Below are positions 20,041 through 28,976 of a stretch of 64,000 nucleotides of DNA, piece after piece. Made by a program: the position numbers and the translations under genes. The stretch's first letter is position 1; each line of letters starts with the position of its first letter. Origin of the DNA: Bacteroidota bacterium (GTDB lineage: Bacteria; Bacteroidota; Bacteroidia; Bacteroidales; JAAUTT01); NCBI GenBank assembly GCA_030706405.1, contig JAUZOO010000001.1, positions 79,762-143,761 on the forward strand, written 5' to 3'. The notes beneath the pieces are model-generated. The model was not told the origin of the DNA, searched no databases, and saw only the letters and a program-made list of their open reading frames with translations.

Positions 20041-20874
20041 ATGAATCTTTTATATTGCTCAAGAATGGAAGAAATAATTCGCTTCGAAAACGTTTCGTAC
20101 AATTATACCGACAAGCATAATGCCTTGTCGGACATTAACTTTTCGGTACATCGGGGCGAAATATTCTCTATCATCGGCTCCAATGGGAGTGGCAAGACAA
20201 CGCTTCTTCACCTGCTAAGCGGATTACTGTTTGCCCGGAGCGGCTCTGTTTTTTATAAGGACAAACAGATAACGGAACAATCGCTCAAAAACGAACAGTT
20301 TAACAAATATTTCAGGGAGAGCCTTGGGTATGTTTTTCAAAATCCCGATGCCCAGTTGTTCTGCCCCACCGTTTTCGACGAACTTATCTTTGGCCCGTTG
20401 CAGATGGGTAAGGACAAAGACACCGCTTTTGCCCGTGCCGAATCGGTAATGCAAATGCTAAACATCGATTGTTTGCGCGACCGCCAAACACACATGCTAT
20501 CGGGTGGAGAAAAAAAACGCGTAGCCATCGGCGCTGTACTAACCCTCAACCCCGATGTGCTGGTGTTCGACGAACCGGTAAGCGCCCTCGACCCTAAAAC
20601 CCGCGCCTTTCTCATCGAACTCATATTCCAGTTAAACGAAGCTGGGAAAACCATCATCATCACTACGCACCACCTCGAACTGGTCGACCACCTTCAATCG
20701 CGTGTGGCTGTACTATCCGAAAATCACACCATTGAAAAAACCGGATCTACCGGTGAGATACTTTCCGATACAGACTTATTAATTCGAACCAATCTCATTG
20801 GCGAACATCCGCACCGTCACGGTAGTTTAACGCATAAACACTTGTCTGGTGGATTCTTGTTTCATAAGCATTAA
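20041..20874 (+). CDS. cbiO: ECF/cobalt-type ABC transporter ATP-binding protein with His-rich C-terminal tail
   Basis: Walker A GSNGSGKTT, signature LSGGEKKRV, Walker B VLVFDEP and H-loop TTHH. The C-terminus is GEHPHRHGSLTHKHLSGGFLFHKH. The start could be 20041 or 20065. Confidence 0.85.
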   Translation: MNLLYCSRMEEIIRFENVSYNYTDKHNALSDINFSVHRGEIFSIIGSNGSGKTTLLHLLSGLLFARSGSVFYKDKQITEQSLKNEQFNKYFRESLGYVFQNPDAQLFCPTVFDELIFGPLQMGKDKDTAFARAESVMQMLNIDCLRDRQTHMLSGGEKKRVAIGAVLTLNPDVLVFDEPVSALDPKTRAFLIELIFQLNEAGKTIIITTHHLELVDHLQSRVAVLSENHTIEKTGSTGEILSDTDLLIRTNLIGEHPHRHGSLTHKHLSGGFLFHKH

Positions 20875-21063
20875 CCGAGGATATATATCATTAAAAATAA
20901 GCTATTTTCAGTATTCTTCCTTTTCATCCTGATTATTAAAAACATTTGCGTACCTTTGCGGCCTAATTTTGTGCAGAGGTTTTGGGTTCGGTGATAGTTG
21001 TAAGAAGAATTTGTAAACGGGAATCAGGATCAGCGGCACGCGAATATGGAGTAAAAATAAATC

Positions 21064-22788
21064 ATGATGACATTTGAAGAAATTGGTATCCGTTCGGAGC
21101 TTGTGAAAGCCGTTACCGAACTGGGATACGAACACCCGATGCCTGTTCAGGAACAGGTAATCCCCGTTATTTTGCAATCCGAACAGGATGTAGTTGCTCT
21201 GGCTCAGACCGGAACAGGAAAAACCGCCGCTTTTGGGCTTCCGTTGCTAAGCCGTATCGATGAAACCAACCGTATGCCACAGGTTTTGGCCTTGTGCCCT
21301 ACCCGCGAACTTTGTCTGCAAATTGCCAGCGACCTTACCAACTATTCCAAATACATTAACGGATTACGCATCGTTGCGGTTTATGGAGGAACTAGTATCG
21401 ATGCCCAGATACGCGACCTTAAACAGGGCGCACAGGTTATTGTTGCTACCCCCGGACGTATGAACGACCTTATCCGTCGTAACAAAGTCAACCTTTCTCA
21501 AATTCATTCGGTAGTTCTTGACGAATCGGACGAAATGCTAAACATGGGTTTCAAGGAAGAGCTGAACGCTATCCTCGAAGAAGTTCCTACCGAACGCCGT
21601 ACAATGCTTTTTTCGGCAACCATGCCCCGTGAAGTAGCCGCAATCGCATCGAGCTACATGAAAAATGCCAAAGAAATTACCGTTGGTACTAAGAATGCAG
21701 GTTCGGAAACTATTTCGCATCAATATTGTGTTGTTCACGCGGCCGACAGGTATTTTGCCCTTAAACGCGTAGTTGACTTTTATCCCGAAATTTACGGTAT
21801 CATTTTCTGCCGTACCCGTAGCGAAACCAAAGAAGTTGCCGAAAAATTGATGAAAGACGGCTATAGCGCCGACGCCCTTCATGGCGATCTTTCGCAGGCT
21901 CAACGCGACTACGTGATGCAGCGTTTCCGTCTGAAAAGCATTCAGATGTTGGTAGCTACCGATGTGGCTGCCCGTGGTTTGGATGTGGACGACCTTACCC
22001 ACGTAATTAACTATAACCTTCCCGACGAAATTGAAATTTATACCCACCGTAGCGGTCGTACCGGACGTGCAGGTAAAAGTGGAATCTCGGTTTCTATTAT
22101 CCATTCCAAGGAACGAGGCAAAATACCATTGCTCGAAAAAATCCTGAAACGTAAATTCGAATACAAACCGGTTCCCGGAGGTAAGGAAATCTGCCAGAAA
22201 CAGCTTTTTAATCTGGTTGATAAGATGGAAAAAGTGGAAGTAAACGAAACAGAAATTGAAGAATTTTTGTCGGTAGTTTATACTAAACTCGAAGCATTTA
22301 GCCGCGAAGACCTTATCAAACGATTCGTATCAGCCGAGTTTAACCGTTTCCTCGATTATTACAAAAATGCCCCGGATCTTAATGTTCCCGAAGGACGCGA
22401 ACGCAGGGACAGGGACAGAGACCGCACATCGTCGGGCAAAGACTTTGCATTGTTCCGTATCAACCTCGGATCGATGGATGGCTTGAACGCACGCGACCTG
22501 ATCAGCCTTATCAACGAGTTTACCCGCAACCGGAGTATCGTAATTGGTAAAGCCAGTATTAACAAGAAGTTCTCGCTTTTCGAAGCCGATGGCAAATATA
22601 CCGATACCATGCTGAATGCATTCCGTAGCGGAAACTTCGAAGGCCGCCGTATTTCGGTAGAACTTGCCCGAGAAGGTGACACCATTGAACGTAAGGAACG
22701 TAGTTACCGTGGCGAACGCGGTGGCGAACGTGGCGGCGACAGAGGCTTTGGCCGTCCACAACGCAGAGAATACAAACGAAACAAATAA
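21064..22788 (+). CDS. DEAD-box ATP-dependent RNA helicase with DbpA-like RNA-binding domain and Arg/Gly/Glu-rich tail
   Basis: Q motif, AQTGTGKT, a DESD variant of DEAD (VLDESDEML), SAT and HRSGRTGRAG. The C-terminal tail is RGERGGERGGDRGFGRPQRR. Confidence 0.9.
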   Translation: MMTFEEIGIRSELVKAVTELGYEHPMPVQEQVIPVILQSEQDVVALAQTGTGKTAAFGLPLLSRIDETNRMPQVLALCPTRELCLQIASDLTNYSKYINGLRIVAVYGGTSIDAQIRDLKQGAQVIVATPGRMNDLIRRNKVNLSQIHSVVLDESDEMLNMGFKEELNAILEEVPTERRTMLFSATMPREVAAIASSYMKNAKEITVGTKNAGSETISHQYCVVHAADRYFALKRVVDFYPEIYGIIFCRTRSETKEVAEKLMKDGYSADALHGDLSQAQRDYVMQRFRLKSIQMLVATDVAARGLDVDDLTHVINYNLPDEIEIYTHRSGRTGRAGKSGISVSIIHSKERGKIPLLEKILKRKFEYKPVPGGKEICQKQLFNLVDKMEKVEVNETEIEEFLSVVYTKLEAFSREDLIKRFVSAEFNRFLDYYKNAPDLNVPEGRERRDRDRDRTSSGKDFALFRINLGSMDGLNARDLISLINEFTRNRSIVIGKASINKKFSLFEADGKYTDTMLNAFRSGNFEGRRISVELAREGDTIERKERSYRGERGGERGGDRGFGRPQRREYKRNK

Positions 22789-22803
22789 GCAACTTGCTTG
22801 AAA

Positions 22804-22840
22804 TAAAAAAGGGCTAATCTCATTGAGGTTAGCCCTTTTT
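22804..22840. terminator. Bidirectional intrinsic terminator between convergent genes
   Basis: Stem GGGCTAA (22811-22817) / TTAGCCC (22829-22835), flanked by an A7 run and a T5 run. Confidence 0.7.
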
Positions 22841-22841
22841 A

Positions 22842-23393
22842 CTAATATGCCGACATCATCTTTGCGGCAACATCTTTAGCTTTTTCTTTGTTAATAAGCA
22901 CTTCGACAAGTGCAAACGAAAATTTTAGTGAAGAACCGGCACCATTACTGGTAATGATTTTGCCATCTTTTTCAACAGCACTGCCTGTTGGTGTAGCTCC
23001 AAGAAGATCTGGCTCTGTACCCGGATAACAGGTAGCCTTCTTCCCCTTCAATAAACCTAAATGACCTAATACCATTGGCGCGGCACAGATCGCTGCCAGC
23101 CATTTGCCATTCTTTTCGGCTTCCACAAGTTTCTCCTTTAATCCTGCATGTTCATCGAGATGTTTAGATCCTGGCATACCGCCGGGAAGAACCAGCATAT
23201 CGACGTCGGAATAGTTTACTTCTTCAAAAAGTTTATCGGCAACAACAACAATGCCGCGCGAACTTTTAACCTGCTGTTTTCCTGTTACCGACACCATGGT
23301 TACTTCGCAACCGGCACGGCGAAGAACATCAACAGGGGTGAGGGCTTCAATCTCTTCGAAACCATCGGCGAGGTGTACAAATATCTTTTTCAT
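22842..23393 (-). CDS. DJ-1/PfpI family protein
   Basis: 183-aa ORF with the nucleophile-elbow Cys context (LAAICAAP) and the LPGG motif typical of DJ-1/ThiJ/YajL proteins. Confidence 0.85.
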   Translation of the reverse strand: MKKIFVHLADGFEEIEALTPVDVLRRAGCEVTMVSVTGKQQVKSSRGIVVVADKLFEEVNYSDVDMLVLPGGMPGSKHLDEHAGLKEKLVEAEKNGKWLAAICAAPMVLGHLGLLKGKKATCYPGTEPDLLGATPTGSAVEKDGKIITSNGAGSSLKFSFALVEVLINKEKAKDVAAKMMSAY

Positions 23394-23490
23394 AATATAT
23401 CTTTTTGATAATTAACAACTAGGAATAGCCTTGTTTGTAATTAAATTCGAAATGTAAAGATATTGAGTATTGATGACTTTTAAAATCCGG

Positions 23491-24234
23491 TTATACCTTT
23501 CGGCTGGTATTGTAATAAGTAATCCACCTGTCGATGTGCTCCCCATATTGTACAAGGTTCCAGTCATTCTGGGTTGTACGCCTCGGTGAACCAGCATTAT
23601 ACGTAGCTGCAAGCAAAGGTAACTGATTGTGATGCAGGGAATAATATTTATTGAAATAATCAACAGCTAACTGGGCAGCAACGAGCGATTGCGTCGGCAG
23701 GGTCAATACCAGCTCTGTAATGCGGGCTTCCTTGTCGGGAGCCTTGCTCCATCCTTTTATTTGTAACGCAGTGGATATAAGCATGTGGTGTCCACCCAAC
23801 GATACCCGATGAGGGGTGTTTATCGGATTTATGTAACCCGGTTCGCGCCGTTCGAGGTAACGTGTAGGCTTTGAATTACCAATATGCCGAACAATACTGT
23901 CGAGTTTGGAGCCGGTATCCATGCCGGTTGTTTGCTGTAATTTTTTCGACAGGTCGGAATGATCCATTGGCGAAGGCACCGTACCTAGCGACTCTGTCAT
24001 CGCATTGGCGGTAAGAATATCAACAGCGGTGCCAAATTCGTCGAGTTTACCGAATTTCAGTTTTCCAAGGTAAAACGCTTTAACCCGTCGAACGTTTGCC
24101 AAGGCTGAAGCTAATTTACAGTAATCGGGAATATTGTTTTCGGAACCGATTTCGCAGAGGTAGTGAGGCGATTTAACACGCCAGCGTTTTCCGTTCTCGA
24201 ACCGGAACCAGCCATCTTCAAATTTGTGTAACAT
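23491..24234 (-). CDS. Lytic-transglycosylase (SLT)-like protein without signal peptide; last gene of a four-gene cassette
   Basis: 247-aa ORF with an E-S motif (ANAMTESLG) and a downstream ATYNAGSPR, resembling the SLT/goose-lysozyme ES...AYNAG signature. No N-terminal hydrophobic segment. It overlaps the upstream gene by 17 nt. Confidence 0.5.
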   Translation of the reverse strand: MLHKFEDGWFRFENGKRWRVKSPHYLCEIGSENNIPDYCKLASALANVRRVKAFYLGKLKFGKLDEFGTAVDILTANAMTESLGTVPSPMDHSDLSKKLQQTTGMDTGSKLDSIVRHIGNSKPTRYLERREPGYINPINTPHRVSLGGHHMLISTALQIKGWSKAPDKEARITELVLTLPTQSLVAAQLAVDYFNKYYSLHHNQLPLLAATYNAGSPRRTTQNDWNLVQYGEHIDRWITYYNTSRKV

Positions 24235-24607
24235 GAGCGTCTTTTTTAGGGTCGTTCAATTTCACCTCTTCCACGTATTTATCGCCCTCGCGTTTTATGG
24301 TAAGTTCACAACAAATGGCTTTAGGGTTAGCCGGCTTTGCCAGCGTGTAATGCCATTCGTCGGAGACTTTTTGTTGCAGGATGCTAAACCACAACTTTTT
24401 CCACCACGAAGCCTTTCGGGGAACAAGGTACAGCGTAAATTTCAGCTCCCCAATTCCCAAAAAATTATTATCCGAAAGGTAGAACTCGTGGTATTCGTCC
24501 TTTAACAAATCCTTAAACGCACTGCGCTGGGCCAAAATAAAATTAGCATTAGCCAAATGCGCTTCGCGGCACAGACCGTGTATGAGGTCGTCGAGTTTAA
24601 CCTGCAT
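24218..24607 (-). CDS. Hypothetical protein (129 aa), possibly a divergent short paralog of the two upstream genes
   Basis: ORF translationally coupled to the upstream gene (TGATG, 1-nt overlap). Its N-terminal helix (DDLIHGLCREAHLANANFILAQ) and beta stretch (ELKFTLYLVP) loosely echo the DUF2589-like pattern. Confidence 0.55.
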   Translation of the reverse strand: MQVKLDDLIHGLCREAHLANANFILAQRSAFKDLLKDEYHEFYLSDNNFLGIGELKFTLYLVPRKASWWKKLWFSILQQKVSDEWHYTLAKPANPKAICCELTIKREGDKYVEEVKLNDPKKDAHVTQI

Positions 24608-25152
24608 CAGGAATTCTGGGCTTCGGGAAGGGCCTTAGACAATGCCGAGAGCAGCCGTGCCAAACCTTCGGGTATAGGAGCTTCGCTGGCATGTATGGTT
24701 ATTTCGAGTGAACCACTACGATTCGTACTCGACTCTTCGGCCGATTTGCTCGACACATTGCCTTTTAACGAAAAATTGAGAAAAGGTATCGATTTCAGGC
24801 TTCCATCTACATCAAAACCACAATTTGCCTCTTTTGAATTCTTACTTACCTGCGATATCTCGTACTTAAAATGCGTGGTAAATGAATCAATCCGCATGTG
24901 AGGCACCGGCACCATCGATAAAAGCGGAGCGCTGATTTTTACTTCTTTGGTGGCATCTCCGTCCTGCACATTGAGCGAAAGGTCAATCGTGGTAGGCTTC
25001 CCATCTTTTATCAACGAGTTGATATAAGCCTGAGTAGCCGTTGCTGCCGCAGCCTGGGCTTTAATAACGCCTAAAAGCGGGGCTGCAATAATGTTTTCGA
25101 GAGGTAGTGCCTGAAATTCGGCGGCCGGTAAAAAATTAACGTCATCTGCCAT
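24607..25152 (-). CDS. DUF2589-like protein (181 aa)
   Basis: LPLENIIAAPLLGVIKAQAAAATAT N-terminal helix, ISAPLLSMVPVPHMRIDSFTTHF core and LEITIHASEAPIPEGLARLLSAL C-terminus. I recall this as the DUF2589 (PF11655) pattern; unverified. Confidence 0.65.
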   Translation of the reverse strand: MADDVNFLPAAEFQALPLENIIAAPLLGVIKAQAAAATATQAYINSLIKDGKPTTIDLSLNVQDGDATKEVKISAPLLSMVPVPHMRIDSFTTHFKYEISQVSKNSKEANCGFDVDGSLKSIPFLNFSLKGNVSSKSAEESSTNRSGSLEITIHASEAPIPEGLARLLSALSKALPEAQNS

Positions 25153-25163
25153 AATGGTATAAT

Positions 25164-25784
25164 TTAGGGATTAATATGATTCAACTCGGTCGATTGATTG
25201 AGGGTCGTCAGTAGTTTGTCGAGTCCTCCGGGAAGAGGCTGTTTGCTAACCTTTATTTTTATTTTAATGGATTGAGACGCTTCGGTCGATTTTTCGGAGC
25301 TTGGAGCCATTTGACCCCGCAAACTCACAGGGTTCTGAACCAAATACCAGGGACGGTTTTGTTTAAAATTTTCGGGTTCTTTATCAAGCGTTTTTTCTTC
25401 GGAAACTTGCACCTGTCGGTGACTATCGATACTACTAACTTTGAAGTCGAATTCAAATTCGCCCGAATCGATGGCCAGAGGGTTTACCGGAAGTAGAGCC
25501 AACGTTGGGATACGAATCTCAAAACTTTCGGTTTTGCCATCCACAACTCTATCAAAGCGAAAATCCTGGGTATAAACGGATTGCTTATCTTTTTTGGCTT
25601 CTTCGGTAACAAAACCGTCTTGACCAACTTCGAGGTGAGGATAGCCAATCTGAAGCAGATAACTAAGAAAAGAGCGGCCGGCATGTATCTGCGCTTTGAA
25701 CAGGGAGTTGAGCGGAGCCAGAATAGCTTGCGAAAGAGACATCTCGCTTGAAGCAGATGGTGTTGACATTGGGCTAGAATCCAT
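25164..25784 (-). CDS. DUF2589-like protein, paralog (206 aa)
   Basis: It shares with the downstream gene the motifs [IL]xAPLxxxxKAQ, IxxPxLxxxPVxPxxIDSxxFxF and IxIxxSxxPxPxGLxxLLxxL, seen as QAILAPLNSLFKAQ, IRIPTLALLPVNPLAIDSGEFEF and IKIKVSKQPLPGGLDKLLTTL. Confidence 0.65.
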   Translation of the reverse strand: MDSSPMSTPSASSEMSLSQAILAPLNSLFKAQIHAGRSFLSYLLQIGYPHLEVGQDGFVTEEAKKDKQSVYTQDFRFDRVVDGKTESFEIRIPTLALLPVNPLAIDSGEFEFDFKVSSIDSHRQVQVSEEKTLDKEPENFKQNRPWYLVQNPVSLRGQMAPSSEKSTEASQSIKIKIKVSKQPLPGGLDKLLTTLNQSTELNHINP

Positions 25785-26003
25785 TGTTTAAACTTTTAAC
25801 CCAAAAATAGCAATTATAATCATAATTAAAACATACACAATGTAATATTTATAGTTATAACACCATAAAAACCAAAAACTAAACAAACAAGACATGGGCT
25901 ATCCCATATCCTCCGTTGGTCGCCCATCATGGAAATTCCAGCACTAATTAATATAAGGGATTACACAAAAAATGAAAGTGTTAAGAAACAATAACGCCTA
26001 GCG

Positions 26004-27662
26004 TTATTGATCGTCGAATTGCTTCAGTTGACTGCGCAGTTCCTCGATAGTCCGCAGCAGTTCTTGTTCCCTACGGTCGGATTGCTCCTGCGTTGCCCGT
26101 AATTCTTCAACGTTCTGGCGGGTTTCTTCTTCCTGGGTAGCCAGCTCCTCCGTCTGGACGCGCGACTGCTCCAAAAGTTTGGTTGTATGCGTATTAATCT
26201 TTACCGACGAAAGTGTTGCAGCAATAATCTCGGCTATTTTTTCTACAAATCCAATTTGGTACGGTTCAAACTCATTAAACGAAGCCACCTCAATCACCCC
26301 GAATACCTGATCATTCATCATCAGCGGGACCAACAGCAGGCTGCGCGGAGTTGCATCGCCAAGCCCTGAATTAATTCGGGTGTAATTATCCGGAATTTCG
26401 GTAAGGTAAATGGTTTCCTTTTCGAGAATACACCTCCCGGTAAGTCCCTCGTTCATTTCAATACGCTTTTCGAAAAATTTGCGGCGGTTATAAGCGTAAC
26501 ACGAAATCAGCTCAATAAAAATATCGGATTTGTTATTATCGTTTATTACAAAGATTCCACCCTGATTGGCATTAAGATATTCTACAAGGTTACTGATGAT
26601 ATTGTATGAAAGGATGTCAAACTTGTCGTTGTCCTGCCGCATAATATCACTGAATTTAGCCACACCAGTGGTTGCCCAGTTGCGGTGTTCGTCTTCGAGT
26701 TTACGCTTAGCTTCTTCGTCGGCTGCGGCTTTAAGGTCGTCGCGCATTTGCAGAAGGGCATTACCAAGTACATCACTGTCTCCCAAAGGTTTAAAATTAT
26801 TGTTATAGTTACCTCGTCCAATTTCGAGAGCAAACCCCGACAATGCTCTAAGCCTCGATACCAGTTCATTCAAAGCCTTTGACATTTCACCGATTTCGTC
26901 ATTACGCTCCCTAATTTTATTTTCGGGCAAAATTCCTTTACTCATCGATTGAATAACCTTTTTGATATGCTCAATGGAAACAACCAGCGAACGTACTGAA
27001 AAAAAAGCTATCATTATCGATAACACGATGAGACAGATACAGGTAATGGCTATAAAATGAGATAATCTCGCATAGGATTTGTCAACAGTTGTACGCGAAT
27101 CCTGAATATGAATCTGTTGGTGTTTTACGAGTTCGTCGGTGAGCAAGAGAATTTTTTCAGAAGCCTTGGTTATCGGGCCGTTAGCTGCTACAGCCGGAGC
27201 AATAGAGGCCATCAGGGCCGAGTTATTATAGTTCGCAGGAGTGACTAACCGATCGGTTATCGAAATTTGCTGTGCAAAAAGAGAGTCGGTTAGAGCAAAA
27301 ACCTTTTTTAGCTCTATTTGATCAGTGCTATCCCAATCATCAGAAACAACCAATAAGTCGTGCTTCAGCTTTATAAAATCTTCTTCGTGAATTTTTTTCA
27401 GGCGTAGTTTATCCGGGGTATTAGGAGTTTTGTCAGCATATACCCAGTTTTTCAACAATAATTCCGATGAATTAACCTGATCGCGTAACGAAGTCAGAAG
27501 CCGTTCGGAAGGATGATAAATTAACCGGATATTGTCATTCTCCTGCCTGTTTTTCTTTACAAATGAATTAACCAACAGCGTATTAATGATGAGCGCAAGT
27601 GTCAGAATGCTAAAGCCAATGGCAATTTTGGCTGTTATTTTAAAGGTTATTTTTTTCTTCAT
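26004..27662 (-). CDS. Membrane-anchored HAMP + GAF domain protein with C-terminal coiled coil
   Basis: N-terminal TM, a sensor region, a second TM, HAMP (NDEIGEMSKALNELV), a GAF-like domain (LLLVPLMMNDQVFGVIEVASF) and a Glu/Arg/Gln-rich coiled coil. No kinase, cyclase or other output domain recognised. Confidence 0.75.
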   Translation of the reverse strand: MKKKITFKITAKIAIGFSILTLALIINTLLVNSFVKKNRQENDNIRLIYHPSERLLTSLRDQVNSSELLLKNWVYADKTPNTPDKLRLKKIHEEDFIKLKHDLLVVSDDWDSTDQIELKKVFALTDSLFAQQISITDRLVTPANYNNSALMASIAPAVAANGPITKASEKILLLTDELVKHQQIHIQDSRTTVDKSYARLSHFIAITCICLIVLSIMIAFFSVRSLVVSIEHIKKVIQSMSKGILPENKIRERNDEIGEMSKALNELVSRLRALSGFALEIGRGNYNNNFKPLGDSDVLGNALLQMRDDLKAAADEEAKRKLEDEHRNWATTGVAKFSDIMRQDNDKFDILSYNIISNLVEYLNANQGGIFVINDNNKSDIFIELISCYAYNRRKFFEKRIEMNEGLTGRCILEKETIYLTEIPDNYTRINSGLGDATPRSLLLVPLMMNDQVFGVIEVASFNEFEPYQIGFVEKIAEIIAATLSSVKINTHTTKLLEQSRVQTEELATQEEETRQNVEELRATQEQSDRREQELLRTIEELRSQLKQFDDQ

Positions 27663-27672
27663 GACAAGATTT

Positions 27673-28839
27673 TCAGAGTGATACAGCTTTTTTGATTCTT
27701 TCCATTCCTTCGGCTAATATGGAACGTGGACAACCTACATTAATGCGCATGAATCCTTCGCCATTAGGCCCAAAGTCGGTTCCATTATTTAATCCAACCC
27801 GGGCTTTTTCTATAAAAAATTTGCGCAATTCAGCCTGGGGAAGATTCATTTCACGACAATCAAGGAATGCCAGATAAGTACCTTCGGGCCGTATAAGTTT
27901 TATTTGAGGAATTTTTTCAAGATATGTTTCCACCAAGTCGAGGTTTCCATCGAGGTACACCAACAATTCTTCGAGCCACTGGTCGCCATGTGTATAAGCA
28001 GCTTCGAGTGCTGCCAGACCAAACAGGTTTCCGTTGCCCAAATGGCAACTGTTCGGAAGCTTTTCGAATTTCCGGCGCAATTCCGAATTCGATGTGATGA
28101 TTACCGAGCTTGCCAGACCTGCAATATTAAAGGTTTTGCTGGGGGCCATGGTGGTAACTGTGATGTTGGCCAGTTCGTCCGAAAGACTCGCCATCGGAAT
28201 GTGCCGATGACCCGGCATAATGAGGTCGGAATGAATTTCGTCGGAAATGATGATAATATTGTGTTTCAGGCATATTTCGCCCAAAGCCAGAAGCTCATCT
28301 TTAAGCCATACGCGCCCGGCAGGGTTGTGCGGATTACAGAGGATTAGGACCTTGGTGTGTTTATCAATTTGTGCTTCGAGATCATCCAGATCCATTTCAT
28401 AACGTCCATCATTGAGCTTTAAAGGGTTCAGCACCAATTGACGGCCATGGTCTTTTACCGCGGTAAAAAATGGCGCGTAAACCGGAGTTTGTATGATGAC
28501 CTTATCGCCAAGTTCGGTAAAACCGAGTACGCCAAAGTTAAGCGCCGAAACAACACCGGGGGTAAACGAAATCCAATCGGACTCAATTTCCCAGCCAAAG
28601 CGGCGTTTCATCCATCCTGTAACCGAATTATAAAATCCGGGCGTTTTGATGGTATAACCGAGAATTTCGTGTTCTAGCCTTTTTTTCAGGGCTTTGATAA
28701 TGAAGTCGGGCGTGCGGAAGTCCATGTCGGCAACCCAGAGCGGGAGCACGTCTTCGGTTCCGAAAACCCGTTTTAAGGTATCGTATTTGAGGCTGTTTGT
28801 TCCTTTGCGTTCAATTATTTCGTCGAAATTATAAGACAT
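27673..28839 (-). CDS. MalY/PatB family PLP-dependent cystathionine beta-lyase / aminotransferase class I-II
   Basis: 388-aa ORF with LCNPHNPAGRVW, the PLP-lysine context SKTFNIAGL and overall PatB/MalY layout. Confidence 0.85.
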   Translation of the reverse strand: MSYNFDEIIERKGTNSLKYDTLKRVFGTEDVLPLWVADMDFRTPDFIIKALKKRLEHEILGYTIKTPGFYNSVTGWMKRRFGWEIESDWISFTPGVVSALNFGVLGFTELGDKVIIQTPVYAPFFTAVKDHGRQLVLNPLKLNDGRYEMDLDDLEAQIDKHTKVLILCNPHNPAGRVWLKDELLALGEICLKHNIIIISDEIHSDLIMPGHRHIPMASLSDELANITVTTMAPSKTFNIAGLASSVIITSNSELRRKFEKLPNSCHLGNGNLFGLAALEAAYTHGDQWLEELLVYLDGNLDLVETYLEKIPQIKLIRPEGTYLAFLDCREMNLPQAELRKFFIEKARVGLNNGTDFGPNGEGFMRINVGCPRSILAEGMERIKKAVSL

Positions 28840-28976
28840 GATTCTGCTTTTTTCTGCACAGCGAAAGTACAGACGTTTATATCGAATTCAAAATTAGGAT
28901 TCTTCGCAGGTAAATCAATACCGTTTTCTGAAAAATTACAGATTTCTGAGTAATTTGCGGCCGTAAAAATTTATCA

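Noticed and set aside
20951-20958. TACCTTTG as a -7 promoter box for the DEAD-box helicase (long cold-shock-type 5' UTR)
   Set aside because: It matches TAnnTTTG, but no convincing -33 element lies at proper spacing. It is too weak to list as a feature.
23412-23663. 83-aa ORF overlapping the 3' end of the SLT-like gene
   Set aside because: It is out of frame with a better-supported longer ORF and has no motif.
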